Assembly (NCBI GenBank): GCA_965238005.1
Contig: OZ250165.1
Location: 3,296,001-3,360,000 of the forward strand
Source: Longimicrobiales bacterium
GTDB taxonomy: Bacteria > Gemmatimonadota > Gemmatimonadetes > Longimicrobiales > Gaopeijiaceae
Reading direction: 5' to 3'
Length of the DNA stretch: 64,000 nucleotides
A program made the position numbers and the translations under genes. Under the pieces are notes generated by a model that ran no database searches, had not been told where the DNA came from, and saw only the letters and a program-made list of their open reading frames with translations. Positions 1 to 9,524 of the stretch are shown piece after piece (within the stretch, counting starts at the first letter, position 1; each line of letters starts with the position of its first letter).

Positions 1-1
1 C

Positions 2-154
2 ACGCCGGAACGCTGCCGTGGGGTCGGCGAGCGGGAATACGATCGCGCATTGGGTGTCAGGCGGTATGCGGCACTGTATCGGGACCTGGTGGACCGGGTG
101 GACCGGGTGGACCGGGGGAGTGATGGCGATGAGTGTCGGGAGTCGCCGGCGTGA
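2..154 (+). CDS. C-terminal end of a probable glycosyltransferase (partial, runs off the window)
   Basis: Frame 2 reads TPERCRGVGEREYDRALGVRRYAALYRDLVDRVDRVDRGSDGDECRESPA*, resembling a GT-B C-terminal helix; TGA 152-154 overlaps the next GTG. Confidence 0.55.
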   Translation, partial: TPERCRGVGEREYDRALGVRRYAALYRDLVDRVDRVDRGSDGDECRESPA

Positions 155-579
155 ACGCCATGCCGCCCCTCACCCCTGTCCGGCGCATCACGAGAGTGGC
201 CGCCATGGTCACCCTTCCCACCATGGCGTCGTGCAAGGGAGTGGTCTCACGCTCCACGGTCCTCTCCTTCCTCGAGGCCGTGCAGAGGCCCTTCGACCTG
301 CAGGACCAGACTTGGCTGGGCATCCCTGCGGCGCTGCCGGCGCACCTCATCGTCTCGGCCTTGCTCGCCGGTGCACTCGCCTGGCTCTGGCGGCCCAAGG
401 CCGCGGGGATCCTCATCCTGATCCTGATCCTGGCCAAGGAAGCCGTGGATCTGATGATCATCGCACTCTACGAGCCGCTGACCTGGGCCTACGCTTCAGG
501 CTCGGTGGCGGACGTCGTCGTCTCCATCGCCGGAGCGGGTCTGGGTTTGTGGGTCGGGACCCGGGCTCGGCGAAGATGA
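151..579 (+). CDS. small hypothetical membrane protein
   Basis: ORF 133..579 with about three hydrophobic segments; GTGA overlap upstream and ATGA overlap downstream. Confidence 0.65.
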   Translation: MNAMPPLTPVRRITRVAAMVTLPTMASCKGVVSRSTVLSFLEAVQRPFDLQDQTWLGIPAALPAHLIVSALLAGALAWLWRPKAAGILILILILAKEAVDLMIIALYEPLTWAYASGSVADVVVSIAGAGLGLWVGTRARRR

Positions 580-1688
580 GACGCATCGTGTTTATCGCTT
601 CGGGAGTAGATCGGGCGCAGACCTGGGAGTGGCTGATCGAGCACCTGCACGGACGAGTGGAGCTCCGCTTCATTCTGTTGAATGAGGGAGATTCCCATTT
701 TGAGCGGGTCGCGCGGGAGCGGTGGTCGAACGTTGCGCGGGTGACGTATCGCGGCCCAAAGGATCTGCCCCGGGCCTTCTTCCAGGTCTGGCGGTTGCTG
801 GTTAGGTGGGCGCCTGACGCGGTCCATGTTCACCTCAAGGTGGCGGGGCTGATCGCCCTACCCGCCGCCATGTTCGCAGGAGTCAAGGAGCGCATCTACA
901 CCAGGCATCACTCCACCTATCACCATGACTACTTTCCGAAGGCCGTCAAGCAGGACCGGTTCATCAACCGGTGCGCGACCCGGATCGTGGCCATTTCCGC
1001 CGTGGTCGAAGAGGTGCTGACGAATCTGGAAGGGGTGGATCCGGGCCGCATACAGATCATTCACCACGGCTTCGATCTCGACCGTGCCCGGGAGGTCTCT
1101 TCTGAGGCCATCCAACGGATGACGGAGGCATACAACCCCTCAGGGAGATCACCCGTCGTCGGCGTGGTTTCCCGGTATGAAAGGTCTAAGGGGGTGGAGT
1201 ACACCGTCGAGGCCTTCAGGCGTCTCTTGGCCACCCACCCCAAGGCGCTGCTCGTGCTGGCCGGGGCGTACGGTCCCGACGAAGACGCGATCCGTGAGGT
1301 CGTGCGAACACTTCCCGAGAGCTCGTATGTGGAGGTGGAATTCGAGCCGGACGTCTTCGCGCTCTATCGGCTGTTCGATGTGTTCGTACACGTCCCCGTC
1401 GACCGGAAGATCGAGGCCTATGGCATGATCTACGTCGAGGCTCTGGCGGCAGGTGTCCCCAGCGTCGTGACCCTTTCGGGGGTGGCGACGGAGTTCATCG
1501 AGGCCGATTGCCAAGCTCTCGTGGTGCCGTACAGGGATGCGGGGGCCATCTATGAGGCCCTTGAGCGACTCTTGACCGACGAAGATCTACGTCGACGCCT
1601 GGCTCGCGAGGGGAGCATGGCCGTTGAACGCTTCGGACTGGAGCCGTTCGTCGAGGCACACGCCCGGCTCTACGGAGCCGACGACTAG
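576..1688 (+). CDS. glycosyltransferase family 4
   Basis: Likely start MRRIVFIASG at 576; GT-B motifs VSRYERSKG and EAYGMIYVEALAAGVPSV. Confidence 0.9.
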   Translation: MRRIVFIASGVDRAQTWEWLIEHLHGRVELRFILLNEGDSHFERVARERWSNVARVTYRGPKDLPRAFFQVWRLLVRWAPDAVHVHLKVAGLIALPAAMFAGVKERIYTRHHSTYHHDYFPKAVKQDRFINRCATRIVAISAVVEEVLTNLEGVDPGRIQIIHHGFDLDRAREVSSEAIQRMTEAYNPSGRSPVVGVVSRYERSKGVEYTVEAFRRLLATHPKALLVLAGAYGPDEDAIREVVRTLPESSYVEVEFEPDVFALYRLFDVFVHVPVDRKIEAYGMIYVEALAAGVPSVVTLSGVATEFIEADCQALVVPYRDAGAIYEALERLLTDEDLRRRLAREGSMAVERFGLEPFVEAHARLYGADD

Positions 1689-1943
1689 TGTGGTGTCCCA
1701 GAAGTTCGCGAGCCACCGAGAGTGCCGAGACGCCGGATCCGGGGTACCCGCGCCGTTAGGCGTGGGTCACGCGCGACGACGAGGAATATCAACGCTATTT
1801 TGAGGAGGAGGAACGCCGCAGGGCCGGATGCATCGGTGCTCGAGCCGAGCGACCTTCATGCTCGTCATGAGCGCGGAGTTGACCGCGAGACGATCGAGCG
1901 CAGCGAGATCAATGGCCGAGACACTTCCGGGACAACACACTAG
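1685..1943. mobile_element. MITE-like element with terminal inverted repeats and CTAG ends
   Basis: Left end ctagtgtggtgtcccagaagt and right end acttccgggacaacacactag match at 19 of 21 positions as an inverted repeat; no transposase. Confidence 0.75.
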
Positions 1944-3412
1944 GCTCGAGCAGATCCGACACCGAACCGGGCCGCGATGTCCCGAAGCTCTCGAACCTCC
2001 TCCCGCGCCAGCACGATCCCCAGGCCCACGTACGCCACGACACCCACCAGGATCCTGGCCCCCAGATCGATGCCCATGGGGACCTCTCCGAGCAGGGGGC
2101 GAACCGACCAGACCACCAACCCCATGGCCGCCGACGCTGCCAGCCCACCTCGCACGGCCCTGAGAAGGTCGAGGAGGCCAACGTCGAAGAGCCGTCGTGT
2201 CAGCCGATAGGCAAGTACGAGAAGAACGGCCTGGCTGGCCGCGAACGCCCACGCCACGGTGACAATGGATCCGGAGGGGAGGGCTCCACCCACGAAGAGT
2301 GCGACTACGACGAAGCGCACGACACCGAAGGAGAAGAGCGGACCCGTGGTGTTCTGGGACGTATGCAGCCAATAGGTCGCACCGATGGCACTGCTCAGCA
2401 GTGCTGCAAGGGTCATGGCCTGCACGACCGGGATCAGATCCATCCACTGGTCGCCCAGGACGAACGGGACCAGCGCGTCGGCCACCAGGGCCGTCCCGAC
2501 CATGGCGGGGGCGAGGACGAAGATCATGAGGGCCACCGCCCGGGAGAACGCTCTACGCACCCGCTCCAGATCGTCCTGGATCAACGAGAGAGCCGAGAGC
2601 ATCACCTGCCAGATCGTGTCTCCCAACAGCCGGACGGGGCCCAGTAGCAGCGAGAACCCGCGTGTATAGAATCCGACCGCCGTGCTACCGAGATACCGAC
2701 CGATGAGGAACGGGGCCAGTTGTCCTTCGAGCTGCGAGAACAGGTCGAAACCGGTCACGGGCAATCCATACGCCCACAGAGATGCAGCCGAGGCACGGGA
2801 CCATCGGAGCCGAGGATACCACCCGACGATCACCGCTCCGACCAGAGCGGTCACGGCGTGGGACACGACCAACTGGAAAACGAGGCTCAACGCTCCAGCA
2901 CCCCTGAAGGCGAGGATGACCGCGCCGCCCGACCCTATCACCAGCCCCGCCACCTCCGCCACCGAGGCGGCACCGAAGCGCATCTGCCTGCGAAGGATGG
3001 AGCGTGGGACGAGGTTCAGGTTTGCCGCCAGGGGATGCAGGGCCATCCACACGGTAAACCCGGCCAGTGTGGGCTGACGGTAGTACGACTCGATCGCGGG
3101 GGCTGCGAGCACCACCAAGCCCGCCACGAGGACCGAGATCGCGAGCACCGTCCAGAAGGCCGTGTCCAGCAACTCCGGTGAAGCCTCGGGTGCCTGCACG
3201 AGGGCCATGGAGAAGCCCAAGGAAGAGATGGCGGTCGCCAGCGCGGTAAAGACGATCACCATGGCCATGATCCCGAAGTCCTCCGGGGTCAGCAGGCGCA
3301 TCAGGGCGATGACCGCGACCGTCTGAATGAGCTGCGCGGCTACCCGTCCCACGCTGACCCAAGCGATGCCGCGAACGGTCGCGGCGCTCAGGTCGCTTTC
3401 TTCAGTGGGCAC
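1940..3412 (-). CDS. wzx: Wzx-type polysaccharide flippase (PST family)
   Basis: 490 aa, many TM segments, N-terminal RLLTPEDFGIMAM motif, GRYLGSTAVGFY. Confidence 0.88.
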   Translation of the reverse strand: MPTEESDLSAATVRGIAWVSVGRVAAQLIQTVAVIALMRLLTPEDFGIMAMVIVFTALATAISSLGFSMALVQAPEASPELLDTAFWTVLAISVLVAGLVVLAAPAIESYYRQPTLAGFTVWMALHPLAANLNLVPRSILRRQMRFGAASVAEVAGLVIGSGGAVILAFRGAGALSLVFQLVVSHAVTALVGAVIVGWYPRLRWSRASAASLWAYGLPVTGFDLFSQLEGQLAPFLIGRYLGSTAVGFYTRGFSLLLGPVRLLGDTIWQVMLSALSLIQDDLERVRRAFSRAVALMIFVLAPAMVGTALVADALVPFVLGDQWMDLIPVVQAMTLAALLSSAIGATYWLHTSQNTTGPLFSFGVVRFVVVALFVGGALPSGSIVTVAWAFAASQAVLLVLAYRLTRRLFDVGLLDLLRAVRGGLAASAAMGLVVWSVRPLLGEVPMGIDLGARILVGVVAYVGLGIVLAREEVRELRDIAARFGVGSARA

Positions 3413-3471
3413 GGGTGGGACTGGCGTTGTGGGGAGATCTCACCGGTTGGTTCCGTGGTCGGTGCTGCAGT

Positions 3472-3545
3472 CTAGTGTTCCCTTTCCGAAGTTCGCGAGC
3501 AACCAAGAGGGTCGGGGCGCCGTGGGATCAAGGCGGGACGACGCG
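3472..3545. repeat. degenerate left end of the same MITE-like family
   Basis: ctagtgttccctttccgaagttcgcgagcaaccaagag resembles 1685 ctagtgtggtgtcccagaagttcgcgagccaccgagag; right boundary not identified. Confidence 0.55.
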
Positions 3546-3720
3546 GCGGACAAGGTGCCCCTCGACCTCCGCTCCATGCAACAACCGCAGCTGTACTGTC
3601 AGGCCGCGTCTCCTCTCGCTTGACACCCTCGGCGTCGGATCTCATGTCTTCCATCACCCTGACCCTGTCGCCTCGGCTCAGCCCCCTCATCCAGGACGCG
3701 ATTGCGAGGTCTCGTCTGCC

Positions 3721-4488
3721 ATGGTCGAAGAACGTCAGTCCATCGCGAACCAGAGTCCATGGTGGGGTGAGCACTTGTTCCGGTACCAGTGGGCGGAGCA
3801 GTACGTCCGAGCGCCCATGAAGGTTCTGGACCTGGCCTGCGGTACGGGATTCGGATCCGCTCTGCTGGCGCGCATCGTGGGGGTAACCGTGATCGCAGGA
3901 GACTTGGATCCTCCCTCACTGGCGGCGGCCGCCGCAGAGTTCGGCACCGAGTCGAGCCCCCACTTCGCCGCCATGGATGGGACCCGCCTCCCCTTTCCCG
4001 ACCGATCGCTGGACCTGGTCCTGTCGTATGAGACCGTCGAGCACATTGAAAAGTATCGAGACTTCGTGGGAGAACTGGCCCGGATACTCAAGAAGAGCGG
4101 CACGCTCCTGCTCTCGACACCTAATCGCCTCGTAACCAGCCCCGACGGCGTCATCCGTAATCCATTCCACACTCAGGAATTCGACATGCCGGGGCTCGGA
4201 CGGCTGCTTTCCGCTCATTTCTCGGAGGTGAGGGTGATGGGGCAGTATTATGCCCGGTTCGACGGGCTCCCCGGATTACGCGGCCGCCTCGGGAAGGCCG
4301 CGGAGTCCTTCTTTTATGTGAGAGGCGTTCGTAAGCTGCCGATGAGCCTGCAGGACGGTGTGATACGGTTTCTCATCGGGCATCCCCATTACCCCACGGC
4401 ATCAGACTATCGAGTCGTGTCGGAGCCCGCCCGCGCGGAGCGATGCGGGACCCTGATGGCCGTGGCCTCGGGCCCCAGGAGCGCTTGA
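3721..4488 (+). CDS. class I SAM-dependent methyltransferase
   Basis: EHLFRY, VLDLACGTGFG, SYETVEH and LSTPN motifs; likely ATG at 3721. Confidence 0.88.
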   Translation: MVEERQSIANQSPWWGEHLFRYQWAEQYVRAPMKVLDLACGTGFGSALLARIVGVTVIAGDLDPPSLAAAAAEFGTESSPHFAAMDGTRLPFPDRSLDLVLSYETVEHIEKYRDFVGELARILKKSGTLLLSTPNRLVTSPDGVIRNPFHTQEFDMPGLGRLLSAHFSEVRVMGQYYARFDGLPGLRGRLGKAAESFFYVRGVRKLPMSLQDGVIRFLIGHPHYPTASDYRVVSEPARAERCGTLMAVASGPRSA

Positions 4489-4537
4489 TGGTCGACTTCA
4501 GGTCACGCGCCGCACAAGGTGACGGAGATCGAGTTGC

Positions 4538-5446
4538 ATGAAGCCAAGCCGCTCACTGTCAGCCAAGACCCGAGTCTTCGACTTCTTCCGATCCGTGTTC
4601 AAGATCGGGTTTCTGGAGAGGGTACTACTCGCCGTCGTGAGGGGTGCCCCATACGGTAGCACGCTCACCAAGCTCATCCCGAACCCTCACCAATATGCGC
4701 CCAGGAGCTTCAGGAGGGTCGAGCGGGACGGGATCAAGTGGGAGTTGGACATCAGCTGCATGACGCAGTGGCCCATGTACTGGGGCCTCACCGAGGACGC
4801 CAGGAAGCGACTCTACTCTCTGATCCACAGGGGCAACACGGTATTCGATGTCGGTGCCAACATCGGAGAGACGACGTTGCACTTCGCCAGGCTGATCGGG
4901 CCGGAGGGCCAGGTATTCTCCTTCGAGCCCGACCCATACAACTACGAGAGGGCCAGGAGTAACATCTCCCTAAACGACTTCTCCAACATCACCCTCCTGC
5001 AGGTCGGGATCGCCGAAGAGGAAAAGGAAGTGCGTCTTTTCACGGTGGACCAGCACAATCTCGGCATGAACAGGATTTTCCCGGAGGGGTCGAGCTCCGG
5101 ATTCGATTCAGCACTTATCCGGTGCCGGACCCTGGACAGCATCGTCCAGGACGAGAACGTCTCGCACGTATCCCTGATCAAGATGGACATCGAGGGTTAC
5201 GAGATGAACGCCCTTCGCGGAGCCAGGGGCACGTTGGAGGGCTTTCGCCCGGCGCTCTTCATTGAGGTGGGCGACAGCATGCTGCGAGAGAACGGGTCCA
5301 GCGCCGCCGAGCTGATCCGGTTCCTGTTGGTGATGGGCTACCGCGTCTTTCTCGCTCCCAACGACCAGGAGATTGACGACACCTTCGCCTTCCCCACCGA
5401 CGAGGGCGAGTGCATCGACGTGTTCGCCCAGATGGGGTCCGGCTGA
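4538..5446 (+). CDS. FkbM family methyltransferase
   Basis: VFDVGANIG, FSFEP and IKMDIEGYEMNALRG motifs. Confidence 0.92.
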   Translation: MKPSRSLSAKTRVFDFFRSVFKIGFLERVLLAVVRGAPYGSTLTKLIPNPHQYAPRSFRRVERDGIKWELDISCMTQWPMYWGLTEDARKRLYSLIHRGNTVFDVGANIGETTLHFARLIGPEGQVFSFEPDPYNYERARSNISLNDFSNITLLQVGIAEEEKEVRLFTVDQHNLGMNRIFPEGSSSGFDSALIRCRTLDSIVQDENVSHVSLIKMDIEGYEMNALRGARGTLEGFRPALFIEVGDSMLRENGSSAAELIRFLLVMGYRVFLAPNDQEIDDTFAFPTDEGECIDVFAQMGSG

Positions 5447-5491
5447 GGAGGGCAATGAATTCTCGAACGAAGCGATGAGCCACATCGGATC

Positions 5492-6409
5492 CTAGGAGTG
5501 GGTTCGAAGCCAGACCGATAGCTGAAGCTCGCCGTGAGTCATCCTCATGAGCGGGCGCAGGACCGTGTCTGCGGCTCTGGGCAGGAACGTGCTCCCCAGT
5601 ATACGTGTGAGCTCCTCAACCTGGTAGCCCGCCCGCTGCCCATGCATCCGGAAGGCTCGCTCCGTGAACTCGAAGAGATGGAAAGGCGGATGCATGGGAC
5701 TCGTGTTGGTGACGAAGGACGTCCCGATCGCACGGTAATAGAGGTTCAGCAGACGGCCCATGAGCCAGTCTGCTGACGGCACCTCGGCCTGCATGAGACC
5801 CCCGGGCCGCAGCCACCGTGAGGCGCGCTCCAGAGCCGCCCCCGGGTCCGGGAGATGCTCCAGAACGGCGGAGAACGCCACGAAGTCGAATGAGGCCGCG
5901 GGATAGTCGGCCTCCTCCAGGGAGGAAAGGGCGAGCCGCCCTTCGGCGACCCCCATGGACTCCACCGCGAACCGCCTGAACGACGCCGATGGCTCCAGGC
6001 CGAAGACGTCGAACCCCTCCCTCTGGAGCGCCAGCATGCCCCCGCCGAGCCCCGCACCGACGTCCAGCGCTCTCAGGCCAGATCGGTCGTCAAGGAGCTC
6101 GCGCGCACGTGCCGCTTCGTGTCGGAACCGGGAAGCGGCTTGCTCGACATCCTCGCGGCTCCAGTAGTCCTCGGGCTCCATCTCGTAGTGCTGCGCGATG
6201 TCCAGGGGCAGGGGAAGAGGCTGGCACATGATCAGGCCACATCCCCTGCACCGTACGACGGTCGTGCAGGCGCCGGCCTGTCCGCGGGGTCGGAGCCCCT
6301 GGTGCCGATCCAGGCGCACGCCCTTCACGCGGAAGTCCGACGCGGGAGCTCCACACATGGTGCAGGCATCCCATCGATGGAGCCGATAGCCCGGTGCGCC
6401 ACGCTTCAC
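5492..6409 (-). CDS. class I SAM-dependent methyltransferase with N-terminal CxxC...CxxC
   Basis: CTMC/CRGC, ALDVGAGLG, AVLEHLPDP; GTG start at 6409 overlaps the upstream TGA. Confidence 0.85.
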   Translation of the reverse strand: MKRGAPGYRLHRWDACTMCGAPASDFRVKGVRLDRHQGLRPRGQAGACTTVVRCRGCGLIMCQPLPLPLDIAQHYEMEPEDYWSREDVEQAASRFRHEAARARELLDDRSGLRALDVGAGLGGGMLALQREGFDVFGLEPSASFRRFAVESMGVAEGRLALSSLEEADYPAASFDFVAFSAVLEHLPDPGAALERASRWLRPGGLMQAEVPSADWLMGRLLNLYYRAIGTSFVTNTSPMHPPFHLFEFTERAFRMHGQRAGYQVEELTRILGSTFLPRAADTVLRPLMRMTHGELQLSVWLRTHS

Positions 6410-7527
6410 GCCCCCTCCTCGCGATCCGGACCCTTCTCTCGACGAAAAACCCCGTCCAGCACCTTCAAGTAGGCCTCCTGGTTGGCGCGCACGGAAAAGC
6501 GCTCGACCACCGTTCGGGCCGCCTCGAGTCCCACTCTCCTCCGTAACTCGGGGTCGGCTGCCAACTCGAGGATCGCGGCCTTCCATTCGCCGGGGTCGTT
6601 CACCAGGAAGCCGTTTACGCCGTCCCGGATGATCCGTGTGTTCGCGCCGATACGCGTGGCAACGGTCGGGATGCCGAGGGCCATGTATTGCAGGGCCTTG
6701 AGGCCGCTCTTTCCGAGAACCCAGTCATCGTCCGGTAGGGGATAGAGCCCGATATCGATGTCCTGAAGCTCCTCCACTTCGGTGGGCTCATGCCACGCGG
6801 TAGCGCTCACCTCCAGTCCCTCGATCTCGAAGTCGGGATCCCCGATGACCTTCAAGCGGAAGTCGATCTCCTCGTTCAGGTCCAAGAGCACCCGATCCAA
6901 GAGGTGGAGATACTTCGCCGTGCTGAGGCTCCCACTCCAACCCAGCGTCAGGAGACGGTCGTTCGTATACGGATTGGCGGGGAGAAACATATCCGTGTCG
7001 ATGGTGGAGGAGATGTCTGTCGTGCAATCGTTGTGTTTCCTGACGAACTCCTCGAGAGTGGGGGTGCAAACGATGACATGGTCTGCCTTTCGCATCAGGT
7101 AGACCATCTTCCGGCGACCTTTCAAGATCTTGACGAACCGGTTGGCGCTACTGGCGTGGCCGAGGAAAACCATGTCGTCGATATCGTAAACGAACCGCCT
7201 CAAGGCGAGGTCGAAGAGCCACTCGAAGACGGGCAATCCGAGGGGCGTGACCCAAAGGAAGATGTAGGCGCCGTCATAGAAGGGCGCTCGCAGCAGATCG
7301 CGAATGCGCCTGAGGTAACCCCACAGCGTCCAGAAGACCTTCTCGAGGAGCCTCCCCGGCTGGTATACGATCCTCTGAAAGCGCCGGCTCATGAAGGGCG
7401 AAACGGCTACCTCGTATCCGTGCGCCCGCCAATGACCGAAGTACTGCTCGTACTTCAGTCGCTGACCCGGAGCGACGTTTTCGGGATGTGGGCAGACGAC
7501 CAGAATGCGCTTGACGATCCGGCTCAT
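6406..7527 (-). CDS. glycosyltransferase family 4
   Basis: YDIDD, GWSGS and GKSGLKALQYMALGIPTV motifs. Confidence 0.9.
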   Translation of the reverse strand: MSRIVKRILVVCPHPENVAPGQRLKYEQYFGHWRAHGYEVAVSPFMSRRFQRIVYQPGRLLEKVFWTLWGYLRRIRDLLRAPFYDGAYIFLWVTPLGLPVFEWLFDLALRRFVYDIDDMVFLGHASSANRFVKILKGRRKMVYLMRKADHVIVCTPTLEEFVRKHNDCTTDISSTIDTDMFLPANPYTNDRLLTLGWSGSLSTAKYLHLLDRVLLDLNEEIDFRLKVIGDPDFEIEGLEVSATAWHEPTEVEELQDIDIGLYPLPDDDWVLGKSGLKALQYMALGIPTVATRIGANTRIIRDGVNGFLVNDPGEWKAAILELAADPELRRRVGLEAARTVVERFSVRANQEAYLKVLDGVFRREKGPDREEGA

Positions 7528-7531
7528 ATCC

Positions 7532-8494
7532 TCAGGAATCGACCTTCCTGCCAACGGCGTGCCAGTAAGGCGCCGCTTCCGAGAACTTCACGTCATCGAG
7601 TCCGGCGTTCTTCATCATGTCGGAGATCGCCTCTCTCGTGAACCTATGCTCCACCGGAGTGCCGAACCGGTCGAGGGCGTCGTTGCGCATTACCCACCCG
7701 GACTTGTCCGCGTAGTAGTGGAGGGGAACCTTCTCGAACAGCCTCTCTCCAAAGACGGTCCTCACCACTCGGGCAAGTCCCGCCAGGGGAAAGTACACCA
7801 TCAGTGCGATGGCCTCGCACACCCACTCCTTCAACTTCCCCGGGAGCCTGGAAACCACGCGGCGGACCACATTCGAAATGTGGAACGCCAGCTTATAGCC
7901 CGGACCCCGGTTGTCGAGCGCATAATAGAGATAGAGCAGGAACAAGCCACCAGGCTTGAGCTTTCGCGTCGCGGTGGACAGGGCAGCCCCTGTATCCGGA
8001 AGGTGGTGTAACACCCCCAGGGAGAAGATGAAATCGAACGAATGATCCGCGAAGGGGATGCTGTTCACGCCCGCTCGCGTGACCCGAACGTTGTCTAGAT
8101 CACTGGTCAGGGCCTGAGCGGCCACAACTGCCTCACTGGGGTCTATGGCTTCGATGAATCCGACCCTGGGGGCCAGATAGCGTGACCAACGCCCCGATCC
8201 ACATCCCAGATCCAGCGCCACGGTCTCCGGGCTGAAATACTCCTCGTCCACGACGTCGAAGTACTCATCGCCGATCTGGGCGATCGCCTTCTCGGTAAAC
8301 GTGTTGAACTTCTTCCACTCACGCCCGAACGAAGCCACGGTCACGGCATCCAGGTTTGCGCTGTCGTCACGCGCGAAGTGAGCAATGCGTCCACCCTCGA
8401 CCTCCATCCAGGCGTCGGGATCCCCCGTGTACGGGATCGACCGGTCGGCCCCCGACGGGTTGGGCGCCTCTGGTACGCGTTCCTCGCTCATCAT
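7532..8494 (-). CDS. class I SAM-dependent methyltransferase
   Basis: ALDLGCGSGRW, SLGVLHHLPD; start uncertain (8491, 8494 or 8506). Confidence 0.88.
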   Translation of the reverse strand: MMSEERVPEAPNPSGADRSIPYTGDPDAWMEVEGGRIAHFARDDSANLDAVTVASFGREWKKFNTFTEKAIAQIGDEYFDVVDEEYFSPETVALDLGCGSGRWSRYLAPRVGFIEAIDPSEAVVAAQALTSDLDNVRVTRAGVNSIPFADHSFDFIFSLGVLHHLPDTGAALSTATRKLKPGGLFLLYLYYALDNRGPGYKLAFHISNVVRRVVSRLPGKLKEWVCEAIALMVYFPLAGLARVVRTVFGERLFEKVPLHYYADKSGWVMRNDALDRFGTPVEHRFTREAISDMMKNAGLDDVKFSEAAPYWHAVGRKVDS

Positions 8495-8499
8495 CTCGC

Positions 8500-8525
8500 G
8501 AGACACTTCAGTAACACCACACTAG
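8500..8525. repeat. isolated end of the MITE-like family
   Basis: gagacacttcagtaacaccacactag matches the right end of the 1685-1943 element (gagacacttccgggacaacacactag). Confidence 0.6.
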
Positions 8526-8552
8526 CAGCCCGGTGGACGCCTCGCACGGCGA

Positions 8553-9479
8553 TCAAAGAGAAGTCCGGCCGACAAAGAAGTAACGATTGCCCCAGACGCG
8601 GGGTCGGAGGTGAGACACGATCCGTGACATCTTGCGGATCATGAACAGTCCCACGGCACGGGGATTCTTCGCGTCTTGGATCGTCAGGTGTGAAGGGGCC
8701 GGCCAATGCGTCTCTTCCATGACATATTCGACTGTTTCCAGGGCATGACCTGCGAACAGTGCCTTCTGACCCGTGGTCGTGGCCAGAGTCACGTGGTAGG
8801 GAGGCATCTCGACGTCCCGGTGGCGAAGCACGCTCCGAACGGACTTCAACATCCAGAGAAAAAAACACGGATTCGCTTCGAGCGGCCCGGCCGCGACCAG
8901 GAGGCCACCCGGCTTGATCAGGCGGATGATCTCGGGTAACTGGGACTCCAGGTCGGTAAGATGCTCGAGGACGTCACCTAGGAAGAGGACGTCGGCAAGG
9001 AGGCCCTCATTCATCCAGTCCACGGGCGGGTACGTGACTACACGTGCTCCGGTGAGCGTCGCTGTCTCGCGGGCCACGTCGGCACCGTATTCGATCCCGA
9101 CGGCGTCCCATCCGAGACTCCCTGCCAAAGAGAGAAGCTGGCCACGGCCACAACCGAAGTCCAGAAACGTGCCCTCCCGGACAGAGCCGAGCACCTCGGT
9201 GAGGCGCCGTGAGGCAGTTTCCAGTTCCGGAGTCGAATGACCTTCTTCGGCCAGGGAGCCCCCGAAGTAGCCGGCGCTGTACATCTGCGCCAACGTGTGA
9301 TCGTTCGGCATGGGACTGCAGCGAAGAGAGTGACAGGCGACGCACTCGATGTATTCAAACGTCAGGCCGGCGTAGCGTGTCTTCCCGAGCCAGGAGGATG
9401 TGCCGCCAACCTCCCCGCAGAGCGGGCAGGACTCGTCTTTCTTTGCAGTGGCAGTGATAGTGTTCACACCTGGGATCAC
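8553..9479 (-). CDS. class I SAM-dependent methyltransferase with N-terminal CxxC...CxxC
   Basis: CPLC/CVAC, FLDFGCGRG, DVLEHL. Confidence 0.85.
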   Translation of the reverse strand: MIPGVNTITATAKKDESCPLCGEVGGTSSWLGKTRYAGLTFEYIECVACHSLRCSPMPNDHTLAQMYSAGYFGGSLAEEGHSTPELETASRRLTEVLGSVREGTFLDFGCGRGQLLSLAGSLGWDAVGIEYGADVARETATLTGARVVTYPPVDWMNEGLLADVLFLGDVLEHLTDLESQLPEIIRLIKPGGLLVAAGPLEANPCFFLWMLKSVRSVLRHRDVEMPPYHVTLATTTGQKALFAGHALETVEYVMEETHWPAPSHLTIQDAKNPRAVGLFMIRKMSRIVSHLRPRVWGNRYFFVGRTSL

Positions 9480-9524
9480 TCGATGTCATTCAACGGCGCG
9501 GAGGGCTGCGCGCTCTGCGGGAAT

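Noticed and set aside
82..117. 9-bp tandem repeat giving a collagen-like PGPPGPPGP on the minus strand
   Set aside because: It lies in the tail of the plus-strand gene (VDRVDRVDR); the minus-strand ORF has no other support
18..575. N-terminal 186 aa of the 556-aa ORF
   Set aside because: Overlaps two better-supported genes; the GT4 domain starts at ATG 576
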